64,000 nt of DNA from an uncultured Methanosarcinales archaeon (GCA_963843555.1 CAWJKV010000003.1:160001-224000); one strand, 5' to 3'. Numbered from the stretch's first letter, positions 1 to 10,076 are shown. Notes: a model not told the origin generated them from the letters alone. A program made the numbers and translations.

Positions 1-597
1 TTCTGGTACCTCTTCAACCAGCTTGCCATATACATCATCCCAGGTTGTCTGGCCTTCGGCCTTCTTGCCATGTTCTTCACCGGCAAAGCCAAAGTGATGG
101 AATGCAAGGTGAGTGAAGAGGATGATGGCGGTCTGAGAGATGTAGGTGTCAGGGCTCTGAAGGTCTATGTCTTCGTTATGGCCCTCCTGCTCCTGGGTTC
201 TGGCATGAAGGTAGTGATAGACAAATACCTGCTTGACGTAGCCCCCCAGATTCTATACTGGATCAACATGATTTCAGCGGTCCTGGATAATGCTACATTG
301 ACTGCGGCTGAGATTAGCCCGGCGATGAGCCAGGTCCAGATCAACTCAGTTCTCATGGGCCTGCTCATCGCGGGAGGCATGCTCATTCCCGGAAACATAC
401 CAAACATCATCTCCGCTGGCAAGCTGGGAATTACCAGCAAAGAGTGGGCTAAACTTGGTGTGCCTCTGGGTTTAATTACTATGTTGATCTATTTCGTGTG
501 GCTCTTCTACATACCCTTCCACTACGAATTCAGCCTCGGGACAATAATGATCCCGCGCCATCCTTTTTTTCTCAGCGCCCGTCTTTCACTTTTCTAA
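1..597 (+). CDS. DUF1646-family membrane protein (5' truncated by window)
   Basis: Hydrophobic ORF with SAVLDNATLTAAEI and GGMLIPGNIPNIISAGKL motifs; the true stop may be earlier (possible indel near 545). Confidence 0.8.
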   Translation, partial: FWYLFNQLAIYIIPGCLAFGLLAMFFTGKAKVMECKVSEEDDGGLRDVGVRALKVYVFVMALLLLGSGMKVVIDKYLLDVAPQILYWINMISAVLDNATLTAAEISPAMSQVQINSVLMGLLIAGGMLIPGNIPNIISAGKLGITSKEWAKLGVPLGLITMLIYFVWLFYIPFHYEFSLGTIMIPRHPFFLSARLSLF

Positions 598-790
598 GTC
601 CTGGCGTTGTGATGTACCACCGCCCCTTCTTGCCCCGCAGAAACTCCAGGGCGGCATGATAGTCGTCAAAGTAATGGGCTTCTTTGCTCTCCAGGTTCAT
701 CACTGAGATCTTCTCCTCCAGAATCAGTCCCTTCTCCTCCAGCAGAGCTTCGACTTCCATGCGAAGCCTGCTCTTCTTGACCAGGGGCAT
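572..790 (-). CDS. Small hypothetical protein
   Basis: 72 aa ORF with GAGGAGGG SD-like sequence upstream; co-oriented with 815-1375. Confidence 0.6.
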   Translation of the reverse strand: MPLVKKSRLRMEVEALLEEKGLILEEKISVMNLESKEAHYFDDYHAALEFLRGKKGRWYITTPGLRKVKDGR

Positions 791-814
791 CTCTTCGTCC
801 AGGCTGATCCCTCC

Positions 815-1375
815 TCAAATCCGGGCGGGCCTGGCCTTTTCCAGGGCCCACTTGATGTACTCGGCGGCAGGAAACTCATGAACTGAGGTGGCCACAATAA
901 GGCCCTCTCCGAACCTTGCCATGACCAATATGGCTCTGCCTTTCGCATCCTTCACGACGGTCTCGAAGCCCTCGCCCGGCAACAGGTAGCCGTCGCATTC
1001 CGGAGTTGATGTGCAGAGCAGGCAGGAGCACTCCTGATCAGATGGTGTGACATTCTGTGTGCCCAGTTCGCAGACGTACTTGAGAGGCAGGGGCAGCCAC
1101 TCGTAGTCATGCTCGGGCACCAGCGGACCAAAGACGGTCAGAACACCGCCCTTCTTCACAAAATCAGCTATACTCGACTTCATCCTCTGCAGCGCCGGAA
1201 GCGTCCTGGAGTACTGGGGATTGGCAAAGCCCGTGGGGATCATCACCATCCGGTACTGAGGCAGAAAGGGGCTGCCCAGAACTCCGGGCGCCAGAAACTG
1301 ATAGCTCACGCCCAGATCCTGGAAGAGCTTCTCGAACAGGAAGGTTCTCTCGCCAATGAGTGCGACATCTGTCAT
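815..1375 (-). CDS. Conserved hypothetical protein (class I glutamine amidotransferase-like fold)
   Basis: 186 aa; IPTGFANPQYS and FVKKGGVLTVFG segments typical of GATase-like archaeal proteins. Confidence 0.6.
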   Translation of the reverse strand: MTDVALIGERTFLFEKLFQDLGVSYQFLAPGVLGSPFLPQYRMVMIPTGFANPQYSRTLPALQRMKSSIADFVKKGGVLTVFGPLVPEHDYEWLPLPLKYVCELGTQNVTPSDQECSCLLCTSTPECDGYLLPGEGFETVVKDAKGRAILVMARFGEGLIVATSVHEFPAAEYIKWALEKARPARI

Positions 1376-1504
1376 ATACTATTATCTTCTGCCGGGGCAC
1401 AGGGAAAACCTTTATGGTTCCTTGACTGTCGATGGCCCATTGGTAACATTTTCCTCCATAAAGTTTATTACTAAATATCATGCGTATATTAACCGCGATT
1501 ATAT

Positions 1505-1927
1505 ATGGAACAAGAATTGATGCGAATTGGCGTTTCGTTACCTGAGAAGCTGCTCAGCAGGTTTGACGAGATAATCTTGAAGCGTGGCTACTCCTCACGC
1601 TCCGAGGGCATAAGAGATGCCATCAGAAACTACATAGTCCATTATGAGTGGATGAGCGACGTCCAGGGTGAGAGAGTAGGCGTCATAACCCTGGTCTATG
1701 CCCATTCCCAGAGGGGCCTGGTAGACAATCTGACGGAGATCCAGCATGAATCCGGAAGCATCATCCAGTCCAGCCTCCATGTCCATCTGGACCATGAAAA
1801 CTGCCTGGAGGTGATCGTCCTGCGGGGCGAAGGTCAGGATGTGAGAAAGGCCGCCGAGAAGATGATGTCTCTGAAGGGAGTAAAACACGTCAAACTGAGC
1901 ACAACCTCTCTCGGCAAAGAGCTCTGA
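1505..1927 (+). CDS. nikR: Nickel-responsive transcriptional regulator NikR
   Basis: RHH N-terminus (RIGVSLP...[11 protein letters not shown]) and [12 protein letters not shown] nickel site. Confidence 0.97.
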   Translation: MEQELMRIGVSLPEKLLSRFDEIILKRGYSSRSEGIRDAIRNYIVHYEWMSDVQGERVGVITLVYAHSQRGLVDNLTEIQHESGSIIQSSLHVHLDHENCLEVIVLRGEGQDVRKAAEKMMSLKGVKHVKLSTTSLGKEL

Positions 1928-1949
1928 AGGCAAGATCATAGGGAGTCTG

Positions 1950-2621
1950 TTGGTGCATAGTTCCATGTCCTGGCAGGAGATATCGCCCGGTATCTTTGCC
2001 CTGGAGGCGGAAGGGCATTTGCGATTGGCCACCCGATCTCTGGATCCCGCGCCCGTCTATAGGGAACGCATTCAGGAAGGCTACAGGTTATGGGATCCAT
2101 TCCGCTCCAAGCTCGCGGCCCTCCTCCTCAAGAGCAAAGGCCGGGGACTTCGACTGACCCGTGAATCCAAGGTCCTGTACCTGGGGGCAGCCACAGGCAC
2201 TACAGTCAGCCATGTCAGCGATATCGTTGCCGATGGACTGGTTTATGCAGTGGAGTTCTCGCCCCGCTCTATGCGCGACCTCATCCTTCTCTGCGAGAGG
2301 CGCAAGAACATCATACCCATTCTTGCCGATGCCGCAAAGCCCGAGGAGTACATAGCTCTTGTCGAGCCTGTGGATCTGGTCTATCAGGATATAGCCCAGC
2401 GAAATCAGGCCGAAATTGCCTCCCTGAACTCTGCGCGGTACCTGGTGCCAGGAGGAGAGCTCCTCTTCATGCTCAAGACGCGATCTGTGGATGTCACAGC
2501 AACGCCTGATGCCGTCCTCGAGGCGGAGAAAAGAAATCTGTCCGGGTTGGATTTAATCGACGTCATGGATCTTCTCCCCTTTCACCAGGACCATTGGGCG
2601 ATACAGGCCAGACGGCCCTGA
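1950..2621 (+). CDS. flpA: Fibrillarin-like rRNA/tRNA 2'-O-methyltransferase
   Basis: WDPFRSKLAA, VLYLGAATGTTVSHVSD and YQDIAQRNQ motifs. Confidence 0.97.
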   Translation: MVHSSMSWQEISPGIFALEAEGHLRLATRSLDPAPVYRERIQEGYRLWDPFRSKLAALLLKSKGRGLRLTRESKVLYLGAATGTTVSHVSDIVADGLVYAVEFSPRSMRDLILLCERRKNIIPILADAAKPEEYIALVEPVDLVYQDIAQRNQAEIASLNSARYLVPGGELLFMLKTRSVDVTATPDAVLEAEKRNLSGLDLIDVMDLLPFHQDHWAIQARRP

Positions 2622-2627
2622 GTCCTT

Positions 2628-3392
2628 CTAGCCTATGATTTTATGGATCTCATCGGAGATGATGTTAGGCAGCAGCCTTACGTAGCCCAGCAGCGGGATT
2701 TTCGCCCTCGCAACTCCGATGACCCATTCCTGTTTCACAGGCGTAAGGTAGCTGATTCCCTCTCCCACAAAGGTTCCGTTTCCTGTCTGGTAAATAAGCA
2801 ATCCCGTATTCTTATCCAGGTAAATGTCACTCCCCACATTCATGATCTCATCGCGGTGTGACTCAATGTAGGATGCATTGGCCATGCCGAACATTTGCCC
2901 CGCCATCTGGTCGATCACATCATTATGGTCCCCTTTGGTGATGTATCCGGAGAACGGCGCATTGGGGCCGTCTTTCCACATGGGCTCCCCAGTCTCCACA
3001 TATCGCAGGGCGCGGTGTATGATGGGTGTGGCCTTCTCCCGGCCCGGCGCTATTCCTATAACCATTTTGAACTGATCCAGGAGGTTCATGCTCTCCTTGC
3101 CATAGGGCCTGTAGAGGATCACATCGCCCGGATTATTGAAGGCCGTATAGTTGGTCTTCTCTGCCTCATCCCAGGGAATCACAGTGGTGCGGGATGCTCC
3201 CTGGACAAGTATTATATCTCCTATATTCAGATTCGGCACCATGCTTCCTGACTCCACTGCTACCATGGGCGTCCAGAGGCCCAATGCCAGTTGAGAGAGG
3301 ATCGATATGGCTCCCACTACCACGATTACGAAAATTATGTCCTTGATCAGCCCTGGAAGAGGCAAATTGTCAAACCATTCTCCGATCTTCAT
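2628..3392 (-). CDS. Signal peptidase I (S26)
   Basis: TM helix, then VESGSMVPNL, PIIHRA and ITKGDHN motifs. Confidence 0.92.
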   Translation of the reverse strand: MKIGEWFDNLPLPGLIKDIIFVIVVVGAISILSQLALGLWTPMVAVESGSMVPNLNIGDIILVQGASRTTVIPWDEAEKTNYTAFNNPGDVILYRPYGKESMNLLDQFKMVIGIAPGREKATPIIHRALRYVETGEPMWKDGPNAPFSGYITKGDHNDVIDQMAGQMFGMANASYIESHRDEIMNVGSDIYLDKNTGLLIYQTGNGTFVGEGISYLTPVKQEWVIGVARAKIPLLGYVRLLPNIISDEIHKIIG

Positions 3393-3433
3393 CAGCTATA
3401 TTTATCAGTTGGTACATTCTTATACTCCTTTCG

Positions 3434-4939
3434 ATGCTACAGATATCGCGCCATGGCTTCCAGAAGGACCTCAAAGCCAGCCGGGATGTTGTGCAGAGAT
3501 TTGCTGAGCATGGATATCAATTGGAGCCGGAGGCCCTGGAGATCATCTGCAGCTATCCTGGAAGCCAGGACGACCTGATACTGCGCATCATCAGCAGCAC
3601 AGATCGATCCGTGGCTGTGATCAGAACCTCTCAGATCTCATGCCATCTCAATTCACCTGAACGCCCGGATTCTGCCAGACCCCTCCCGCCATCCCTGCCT
3701 GGATCGCACAACTCCATTTCGCCCTCACAGGATTCGTATGCCGAATTGAAGTGCGATATAACCGGCAGGTCAACATGCATCGGCAATTATGACGATTTTG
3801 TCTGCTATTTTCGCGACAGGTATGCGAAAATCAGGGAAATTCTCTCCCGTCGCCTGAACTCCCGGCCCATAGAGTCCCTGGGGAAGAGCACATCAGGCCG
3901 GGAGGTATCTCTCATCGGTATGGTTATGGATGTCAGAAATACTGCCAAGGGCAATCGCGTAATTGAGCTGGAAGATCCCACCGGTTTGATAGTTGCCGTC
4001 ATTCAAAAGGACGCGGAGGTTTATGAACAGTCAAGCCTCATCATACCGGATGAGGTCATAGGTGTCACCGGCATCTCCGACGGCAATGGAAGGATCTTTG
4101 TTAAGTCCTTGCTCTGGCCGGATATGCCAAACCAAACCGCCCCCCTGGAGAAGGGAAGCGGTTATGCTCTCTTGATCTCCGATCTTCATGTGGGGAGCAA
4201 ATATTTTATGGATGATGCCTGGCAGAGATTTTCGCAGTGGCTCAACGGGGAGGTCGATGATCCGTCCGGCCTCGCCTCAAAGGTAGAATACATGGTGATT
4301 GCCGGAGATCTGGTAGACGGCATTGGCATCTATCCCGGTCAACAGAATGACCTGGCTATAATGGACATCTATGCCCAGTACGAAGCAGCGGCGGAAAGGC
4401 TCAACGCCATAAGAAAGGGCATAAAAATCATCATCTCTCCTGGCAACCACGATATTGTGCGCCAGGCAGAGCCTCAGCCCTCCCTCCCTGAAGAGGTGCA
4501 GAAGTATTTCCAGGGGGATATGCTCTTCGTCGGCAACCCTGCCAGTGTCACTTTGAGCGGGGTTTCGATACTGATTTACCACGGTCGAAGCATAGATGAC
4601 CTGGTCCTGAGGCTGCCTGGCATCTCCTACGCTATGCCAGAGAAAGCCATGATAGAGATGCTGAGAAGGCGGCATCTGTCTCCAATTTACGGAAGCCGTG
4701 TATCCATTGCACCAGAGCATGAAGACCATTATGTCATCTCCCGGCCGCCTGCCATCTTGCATTGCGGACATGTCCACACAGTGGGAATCGCCAGGTACAA
4801 GGGCGTGGCGGTGATTAATAGTGGAACCTGGCAGTCTCAGACCGATTTTCAGAAGAAGATGAACATCCAGCCCATCCCAGCAGTGGTGCCCATTGTTGAT
4901 CTGGCTACCATGAAGGTCCGCAAACTGATCTTTACATAA
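3434..4939 (+). CDS. polB: DNA polymerase D small subunit (DP1)
   Basis: OB fold plus phosphoesterase motifs SDLHVGS, GDLVDG, PGNHD, YHGRS, GHVH. Confidence 0.96.
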   Translation: MLQISRHGFQKDLKASRDVVQRFAEHGYQLEPEALEIICSYPGSQDDLILRIISSTDRSVAVIRTSQISCHLNSPERPDSARPLPPSLPGSHNSISPSQDSYAELKCDITGRSTCIGNYDDFVCYFRDRYAKIREILSRRLNSRPIESLGKSTSGREVSLIGMVMDVRNTAKGNRVIELEDPTGLIVAVIQKDAEVYEQSSLIIPDEVIGVTGISDGNGRIFVKSLLWPDMPNQTAPLEKGSGYALLISDLHVGSKYFMDDAWQRFSQWLNGEVDDPSGLASKVEYMVIAGDLVDGIGIYPGQQNDLAIMDIYAQYEAAAERLNAIRKGIKIIISPGNHDIVRQAEPQPSLPEEVQKYFQGDMLFVGNPASVTLSGVSILIYHGRSIDDLVLRLPGISYAMPEKAMIEMLRRRHLSPIYGSRVSIAPEHEDHYVISRPPAILHCGHVHTVGIARYKGVAVINSGTWQSQTDFQKKMNIQPIPAVVPIVDLATMKVRKLIFT

Positions 4940-5325
4940 GCCCTATTATAGAAGTTGTGAAGTACGAATCAAGTGCCAAAACAGTATTATCTTTTTTAGA
5001 TTGTTCTATTTTACATAATAATTAACAGATCTCATTTCATCGATCATTTGCCACAGGATGCCTATCCATGAAATACTGTCCCATTTCAATTCTCTCTTGA
5101 GATATTTTCAGTGCTGGGAATAGAGAACGGATGCAGTGATCGATATACCGTCAAAAGTTCGGATCTTTTCCTCTCGACTGCTGGAATACGGGGTGGTCAT
5201 CCAGGAAGATATTTGAAGGCGAGTTATTTTATGATTCATATCATAAGTTCGTATCTCTTACCAAAAAAGATAAATATTATCGAAGCAAACAATAGTCGTT
5301 ATAACACAATGAATGGGGTGAAACT

Positions 5326-5763
5326 ATCAAACAAATAGGAATGCTATTGGTGTTGGCTATAGCTGTGCTAGCGGTTCCCGTTATGGCGCAGGGCATGGCC
5401 AGCAGCGGCGGCGTGGATATCCTTGGAAAAGAAGGTGGGATTTTTGAGACCACTGGATCTGCCTTCAAGTTCCCTGAATATCAGGATACAAACGTCGACA
5501 ATCTGTATGTCGGAAATGATAGGGCTCTTGCCTATGGAGTTCCCTGGCAAAAGTCACCAGCGACTTTTGCCACAAATAACCTGGAGATCAAAAAGAATCA
5601 GGATTCCGGTGAATGCAGTTGCTGCAGCGATAACAGCGTTTCCTGCCAGGATTGTTGCATCAAGGTCAATATAGACCAGATCAAGGTAGGCAATAGGGAC
5701 GCTCAGGCGTTCGGATTCGCAGCCTCTACCAACAACGTCAAGGTCGTGGCCAACCAGCAGTAA
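5326..5763 (+). CDS. Secreted N/Q-rich two-repeat protein with Cys-rich linker
   Basis: Signal peptide and two imperfect repeats; ATG at 5341, but SD GGGGTGA precedes an in-frame ATC at 5326. Confidence 0.8.
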   Translation: MKQIGMLLVLAIAVLAVPVMAQGMASSGGVDILGKEGGIFETTGSAFKFPEYQDTNVDNLYVGNDRALAYGVPWQKSPATFATNNLEIKKNQDSGECSCCSDNSVSCQDCCIKVNIDQIKVGNRDAQAFGFAASTNNVKVVANQQ

Positions 5764-5773
5764 TTTCGGTCTC

Positions 5774-6457
5774 TTGAATCCGATAAGGAATGAAATGAAT
5801 ATAATGCCGAGATCCACTAGCACACTGTTAGTGGGTTTCCTTTTAATTTTCTTCTTATCGGGCCTGGTTTCAGCTGAGTTGCATCCATACGCCTCGGAAC
5901 GGCTCAATGCATTCAAAGAGATCTCTTCCCATGTATGTCAGCCCCAAGAGAGTCCAAAATTAGGGCAGCTCAAGATCGGCGAAGAGACAATCAATTTTCC
6001 CTGGGCTTTGAGATATATTCCGGGCATAAGCTCAACACGTCACAATTCTATCTCCCGCATGCCGCCTGTAAAAGATGATATTATAATGAATAGTTCCAAT
6101 TCAACTGCAAAGGTGGAGGATCTATTGGCGATAAACTCAGTAAAATTGAGGGATCTCCGCTACAATGATTCACAGAACGGCGATCTGGAATATCAAGGCA
6201 GGTTTAACACACTGGGAGTAAGTGTGAGTGGCAAAAGGGACAGTTCCGGGGAGAACCTTATTATGAAGGTACCGAAAAATAACTACAGTGAAAATAGAGC
6301 GCCTTATGGAAATTATTTAGGAATCGATGTCAGCGGCATAACTGTCAGTGCCATCAACACTATGGAAAGAGGAAGTGCTGTAGCCACCTCTAATATCATC
6401 ATAAATCCGGTGCAGATTATTGATCTCGCTCCGGAGGTTGAAGAAAAGCTGAAATAA
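5774..6457 (+). CDS. Secreted hypothetical protein with C-terminal beta-rich GSAVATSNIII motif
   Basis: 227 aa ORF with signal peptide, directly downstream of the previous gene. Confidence 0.75.
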   Translation: MNPIRNEMNIMPRSTSTLLVGFLLIFFLSGLVSAELHPYASERLNAFKEISSHVCQPQESPKLGQLKIGEETINFPWALRYIPGISSTRHNSISRMPPVKDDIIMNSSNSTAKVEDLLAINSVKLRDLRYNDSQNGDLEYQGRFNTLGVSVSGKRDSSGENLIMKVPKNNYSENRAPYGNYLGIDVSGITVSAINTMERGSAVATSNIIINPVQIIDLAPEVEEKLK

Positions 6458-6481
6458 TAGATTTCTGCATCGAATAAGATA

Positions 6482-6748
6482 TTATGTCTCTTTATCGTCC
6501 GCCGCCGGATGCGCGTTAGGCAAGAAGTCTTGCTCTTTGTCATTTCCTCGTATATTTTCTACGTCGTATCCGGTATCTTCTGAGACTTCTGTTTCCAGGA
6601 CCCATATGATTTCCTCGGGCTCATATGTTTCTCCTGTGGAATAACACCTAACCATGGGAGCGCCTATGAATTCTACCCGCAAATCGCATAATGGGCAGAT
6701 CGCCACCTCAACTTCACCTTTTTCGTTCTTCCTTTTGGTATTGAACAA
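6482..6748 (-). CDS. Small acidic protein, possible Zn-ribbon
   Basis: CPLC...RCYSTG motif; SD AGGAGAGG upstream of a TTG start. Confidence 0.55.
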   Translation of the reverse strand: MFNTKRKNEKGEVEVAICPLCDLRVEFIGAPMVRCYSTGETYEPEEIIWVLETEVSEDTGYDVENIRGNDKEQDFLPNAHPAADDKET

Positions 6749-7155
6749 GATTTCCTCTCCTGAGTAGTCGGACCGGGGAATAGAGTGATAATACGGTGAG
6801 GTTTAAACAAGCTTCGCTGCAAAGCCCGCCACTTAAGGGAATCACTATAGCGGAGGTTTGAGCCGTCTTGCACCATAACAGGCAATTTGGGATTTAGCGC
6901 AGCTCCTTTCTTGCCCCCTCTCGCCTCGCCTGCGCATATCCGATTCTGGGGGGGAGCGCTCCACACAAGAACGGAAAGGGTATGCCAGAATCTCGCATAG
7001 GCCGTCAAGACTTCGCACTAAGCGAGGCACTCCATACATTGACGATTACGTGAGATTTGAATGCAATACTTGACAGATCTATTGAACTATTTTTACTTGA
7101 CAATTCACTGAAAAATTTTGTATTTATGGCTAAAAATCGCTTGCTGGTTAGATTT

Positions 7156-7488
7156 TTAGAGCTTATAGCATGCCGCCAATTTGGGGTTGATCTCTGACTT
7201 TAAATCTTCATCCACTTCGCCCAGGACGCGAATAATAAGGGATTTCTCCACAGTCGCGAGCTTATCCAACATTATTACCGAATCGGATATTAGACCGGTA
7301 CTCGTGAAAGAACGTCTACTTCGTGGAACTATAACATCTTCCGGCGATATCGTTGAGGGCATTACCGATGAGATGTAAGCAACAACTACATCCAATTCGG
7401 TTTCATGAAGAACAAGAGCAGGCCTACGCTTAAATGAACTCAGATCTGTAAAGGGGAATGGGACTACGACTATATTTCCTTTCATCAA
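7156..7488 (-). CDS. PemK/MazF-family toxin
   Basis: GNIVVVPFPFTDLSSFKRRPALV and TGLISDSVIMLDKL. Confidence 0.93.
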   Translation of the reverse strand: MMKGNIVVVPFPFTDLSSFKRRPALVLHETELDVVVAYISSVMPSTISPEDVIVPRSRRSFTSTGLISDSVIMLDKLATVEKSLIIRVLGEVDEDLKSEINPKLAACYKL

Positions 7489-7721
7489 TAGAGATCAGGC
7501 TCATTATCGACATATTTGGATAACGCCCTCTGTGAGAGCCTCATAAGTCCTCTGGTGATCTCTCTCTCATCACCCGGCTCTTCCAGGTCGTATGGGATAT
7601 CTTTGGTTGTGATCCGCCGCTCCAAACTCTCACACATGGATGTTAGGTTTGAATTCTTTGTATTTATAACTTGATCGCCAACAATTCCGCATCCATCTTC
7701 CCGAGTCCCATCTAGATGCAC
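7485..7721 (-). CDS. Putative antitoxin partner of MazF (start probably 7637)
   Basis: Small ORF overlapping the toxin start by 4 nt; acidic C-terminus SQRALSKYVDNEPDLY. Confidence 0.6.
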   Translation of the reverse strand: MHLDGTREDGCGIVGDQVINTKNSNLTSMCESLERRITTKDIPYDLEEPGDEREITRGLMRLSQRALSKYVDNEPDLY

Positions 7722-7789
7722 TTTGCGCGTCTTTGTCGCCCTCGCGCCAGGAGGCCATCCAATTTGGAAATCCAGCTCTTCAGTGGTGG

Positions 7790-8320
7790 AGTCCGCAGAT
7801 GCTCATTGCTTCCCTTTCTTAACGGCCCTGTATGCCTGCCCCTGCTGACGAGGATGATCAGGATTGACGTATTCGATCTTTCCTTCTCTGAGCATCGGCC
7901 GGAGGTAGCTGGTGCGGACCCAACCTTTATTTCGAGTAATATTTTTGCCAGCTCTTCTGCAGCGAACGGCCTTATGCTGCATAGATCAAAAATTACAGAC
8001 TTGATGCCTTCTGGTTGGGTATGCTTTCCAAGCCCATAAATAATCTGCCAGAGGGATGCTGGGATTTCTGGAAACTCTTGTTCCAAGGACTTTATGGTGG
8101 GTTTGATGGTAGGTATTAGCTCTTTGATGGCAGGTTTGATGGTTGGTTTCGATTCTTCGATGGTAGGTAATTCCGTCTGAATTGAATCTTTAATCAAAGC
8201 CATTCCTTTAGCATTCATTAACGTTCCGTAGGTGTATAGAATGTAGCGGATCCACGATTATGTGGCTGGATGAGGCCCAAGTCTCGCAGTCTGCGCAATA
8301 TTGAGCTGACTGTTAAATGA
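7790..8320 (-). pseudogene. C-terminal fragment of AlbA_2/RecG-C-type ATP-binding regulator (HTH domains)
   Basis: ILRRLRDLGLIQPHNRGSATFY, KPTI-repeat linker and frameshifted tail EYVNPDHPRQQGQAYR; N-terminus missing. Confidence 0.65.
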
Positions 8321-8454
8321 TTGTGCTGAGTTATGAAGGGCGATTATGGCCCATTTTCAGTCGTAATCATCTTCCTGGATCTCCAAAATAAATTGATGCG
8401 TTTCATTCAGCGATTTGATCGCCTCATTCCTTTCATCCGTACTCACCCACCGTC

Positions 8455-9370
8455 TCAACCGAGATCCCCCTTCCGAAACGTGTACTCCCCCGTCACATGC
8501 ACCATCTCCGGCATCCCGCCAAACCTGGCCTGCAGTATCAGCTCCCCGATCTCCTCTTTCATCACCCTGGCAATGCCGATGACGGACGTGGTCGGACGGG
8601 CGTTCACATCCACCGCCCAGGGTCGCTCCCCCAGCACGAAGTCGATCCCTGCATACCCGCGCAAATCCAAGGCCGCAGCCGCCTTCCTTGCTGCCTCCCA
8701 GATCTCGTCGGCGCGGGGCGTGTTGTAGGGCACCTGGCTTCCCTGATAGCTCATGCCGTCGCCCTCAAAATTGATGAGCTGACGGTTGATGGTCAGAGGC
8801 AAGAAGCCCTCCCGGCCCACGATGAAGCTGGCGGACAGGTGCAGCCCCTCATGGTAGCGGGTGACGATCTCGTCTGGACCTGCCCTCACAAATGAAGTAA
8901 TGCGCACGCCCTCCGAGCCGCAGCCCGTGCGCGGTTTCACAACGTAGAGATGGCAGCCCTTCTCCACAGGATCGGGCTTATCCAGGATCTCGGCCACGGG
9001 TACGCCTGCGCGCGCCAGCGCCTGAGTGCAGAGCAGCTTGTCGGCCGCTACGCGGGCTGCGCCCGGACTGCAGCCCAGATTTGCAGTATGATCCTCGATG
9101 AGCTTCAGGAAATGCGACTGCAGATCATCAGGCGCAATTAAGAGACAGGCATCCACCTTGACGGTCTCCAGCAATACCTCGAACTCTGCCCGGTCGTCTA
9201 CCAGAATGTAGTCACCCGCCTTGATCCTGGGGCCGTGCGTAGCATATGACACAAGGTGGCCACTCCTCTCGAAGCTCTTCAACGAGGGTGGAGAGCATGG
9301 CCCGGCCCTCCAGCTCGCAGGTGCCGCCCAGCCCAAGGGCGGATGCGTACTCCGCAACCAGAATCTTCAT
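8455..9370 (-). CDS. mfnD: ATP-grasp protein, tyramine-L-glutamate ligase-like (frameshift near 9275)
   Basis: MKILVAEYA...EGRAMLSTL in one frame joins KPRTGCGS and VDVNARPTTS in another. Confidence 0.8.
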
Positions 9371-9605
9371 ATTAAAGTCGCTCCCACTTTTGCACCAGAC
9401 TATACTAATCTGATGCCCGATCCGGTTCAAAAGGCTCAAACGCCCGGATACAGCATGCTTCTCCTCTTCTGGCAAGTGCTTTCAATTAACTCTGATCCTC
9501 TTTGAAAACCAATTCACTAACCAGCAAACCTTATATGCCGTACAAATGGTAGCATAAAAGTCCAAATTTGTACTTACATTGATACTAGTGGTGATTATTA
9601 CGAGG

Positions 9606-10073
9606 ATGAAGACATTAATGGTGGACCCCTCCCGGTGCACAGGATGCAGGACTTGCGAGATGGCCTGCTCCCTCTATCACGAGGGAAAGTGCAGTCCGGT
9701 ATTATCCAGGATGAGGATCATAAAATACGAAGCACTGGGAACGAGCTACCCATCTGTATGCGCCCAGTGTAGCAAGCCCCAATGCAGCTCTGTCTGCCCC
9801 AGTGGAGCCATCAAGCCCAGGGATGAGACAGGTGCTCTGACAGTCGACGAGGCCCTCTGCACAGGATGCAGAACATGCCTCGCTGCCTGCCCCCAGATCG
9901 GTTTTCACCCTCAAAAGAAGGTCGCCTTCAAATGCGATTTATGCGGTGGTGATCCCCAATGTGCCAGGTTTTGCACATCATGCGCCATCTCATTCTCCGG
10001 AGCGGACGAGTTCCAAATGTCCAGGAGAAGGGCCGTTGCCGACAGGGCCGTTAAGGCCGTCCAGGTGGGATAG
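9606..10073 (+). CDS. 4Fe-4S dicluster protein (AOR/WOR small subunit-like)
   Basis: Multiple CxxCxxCxxxC motifs and KCDLCGGDPQC. Confidence 0.93.
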   Translation: MKTLMVDPSRCTGCRTCEMACSLYHEGKCSPVLSRMRIIKYEALGTSYPSVCAQCSKPQCSSVCPSGAIKPRDETGALTVDEALCTGCRTCLAACPQIGFHPQKKVAFKCDLCGGDPQCARFCTSCAISFSGADEFQMSRRRAVADRAVKAVQVG

Positions 10074-10076
10074 AGA

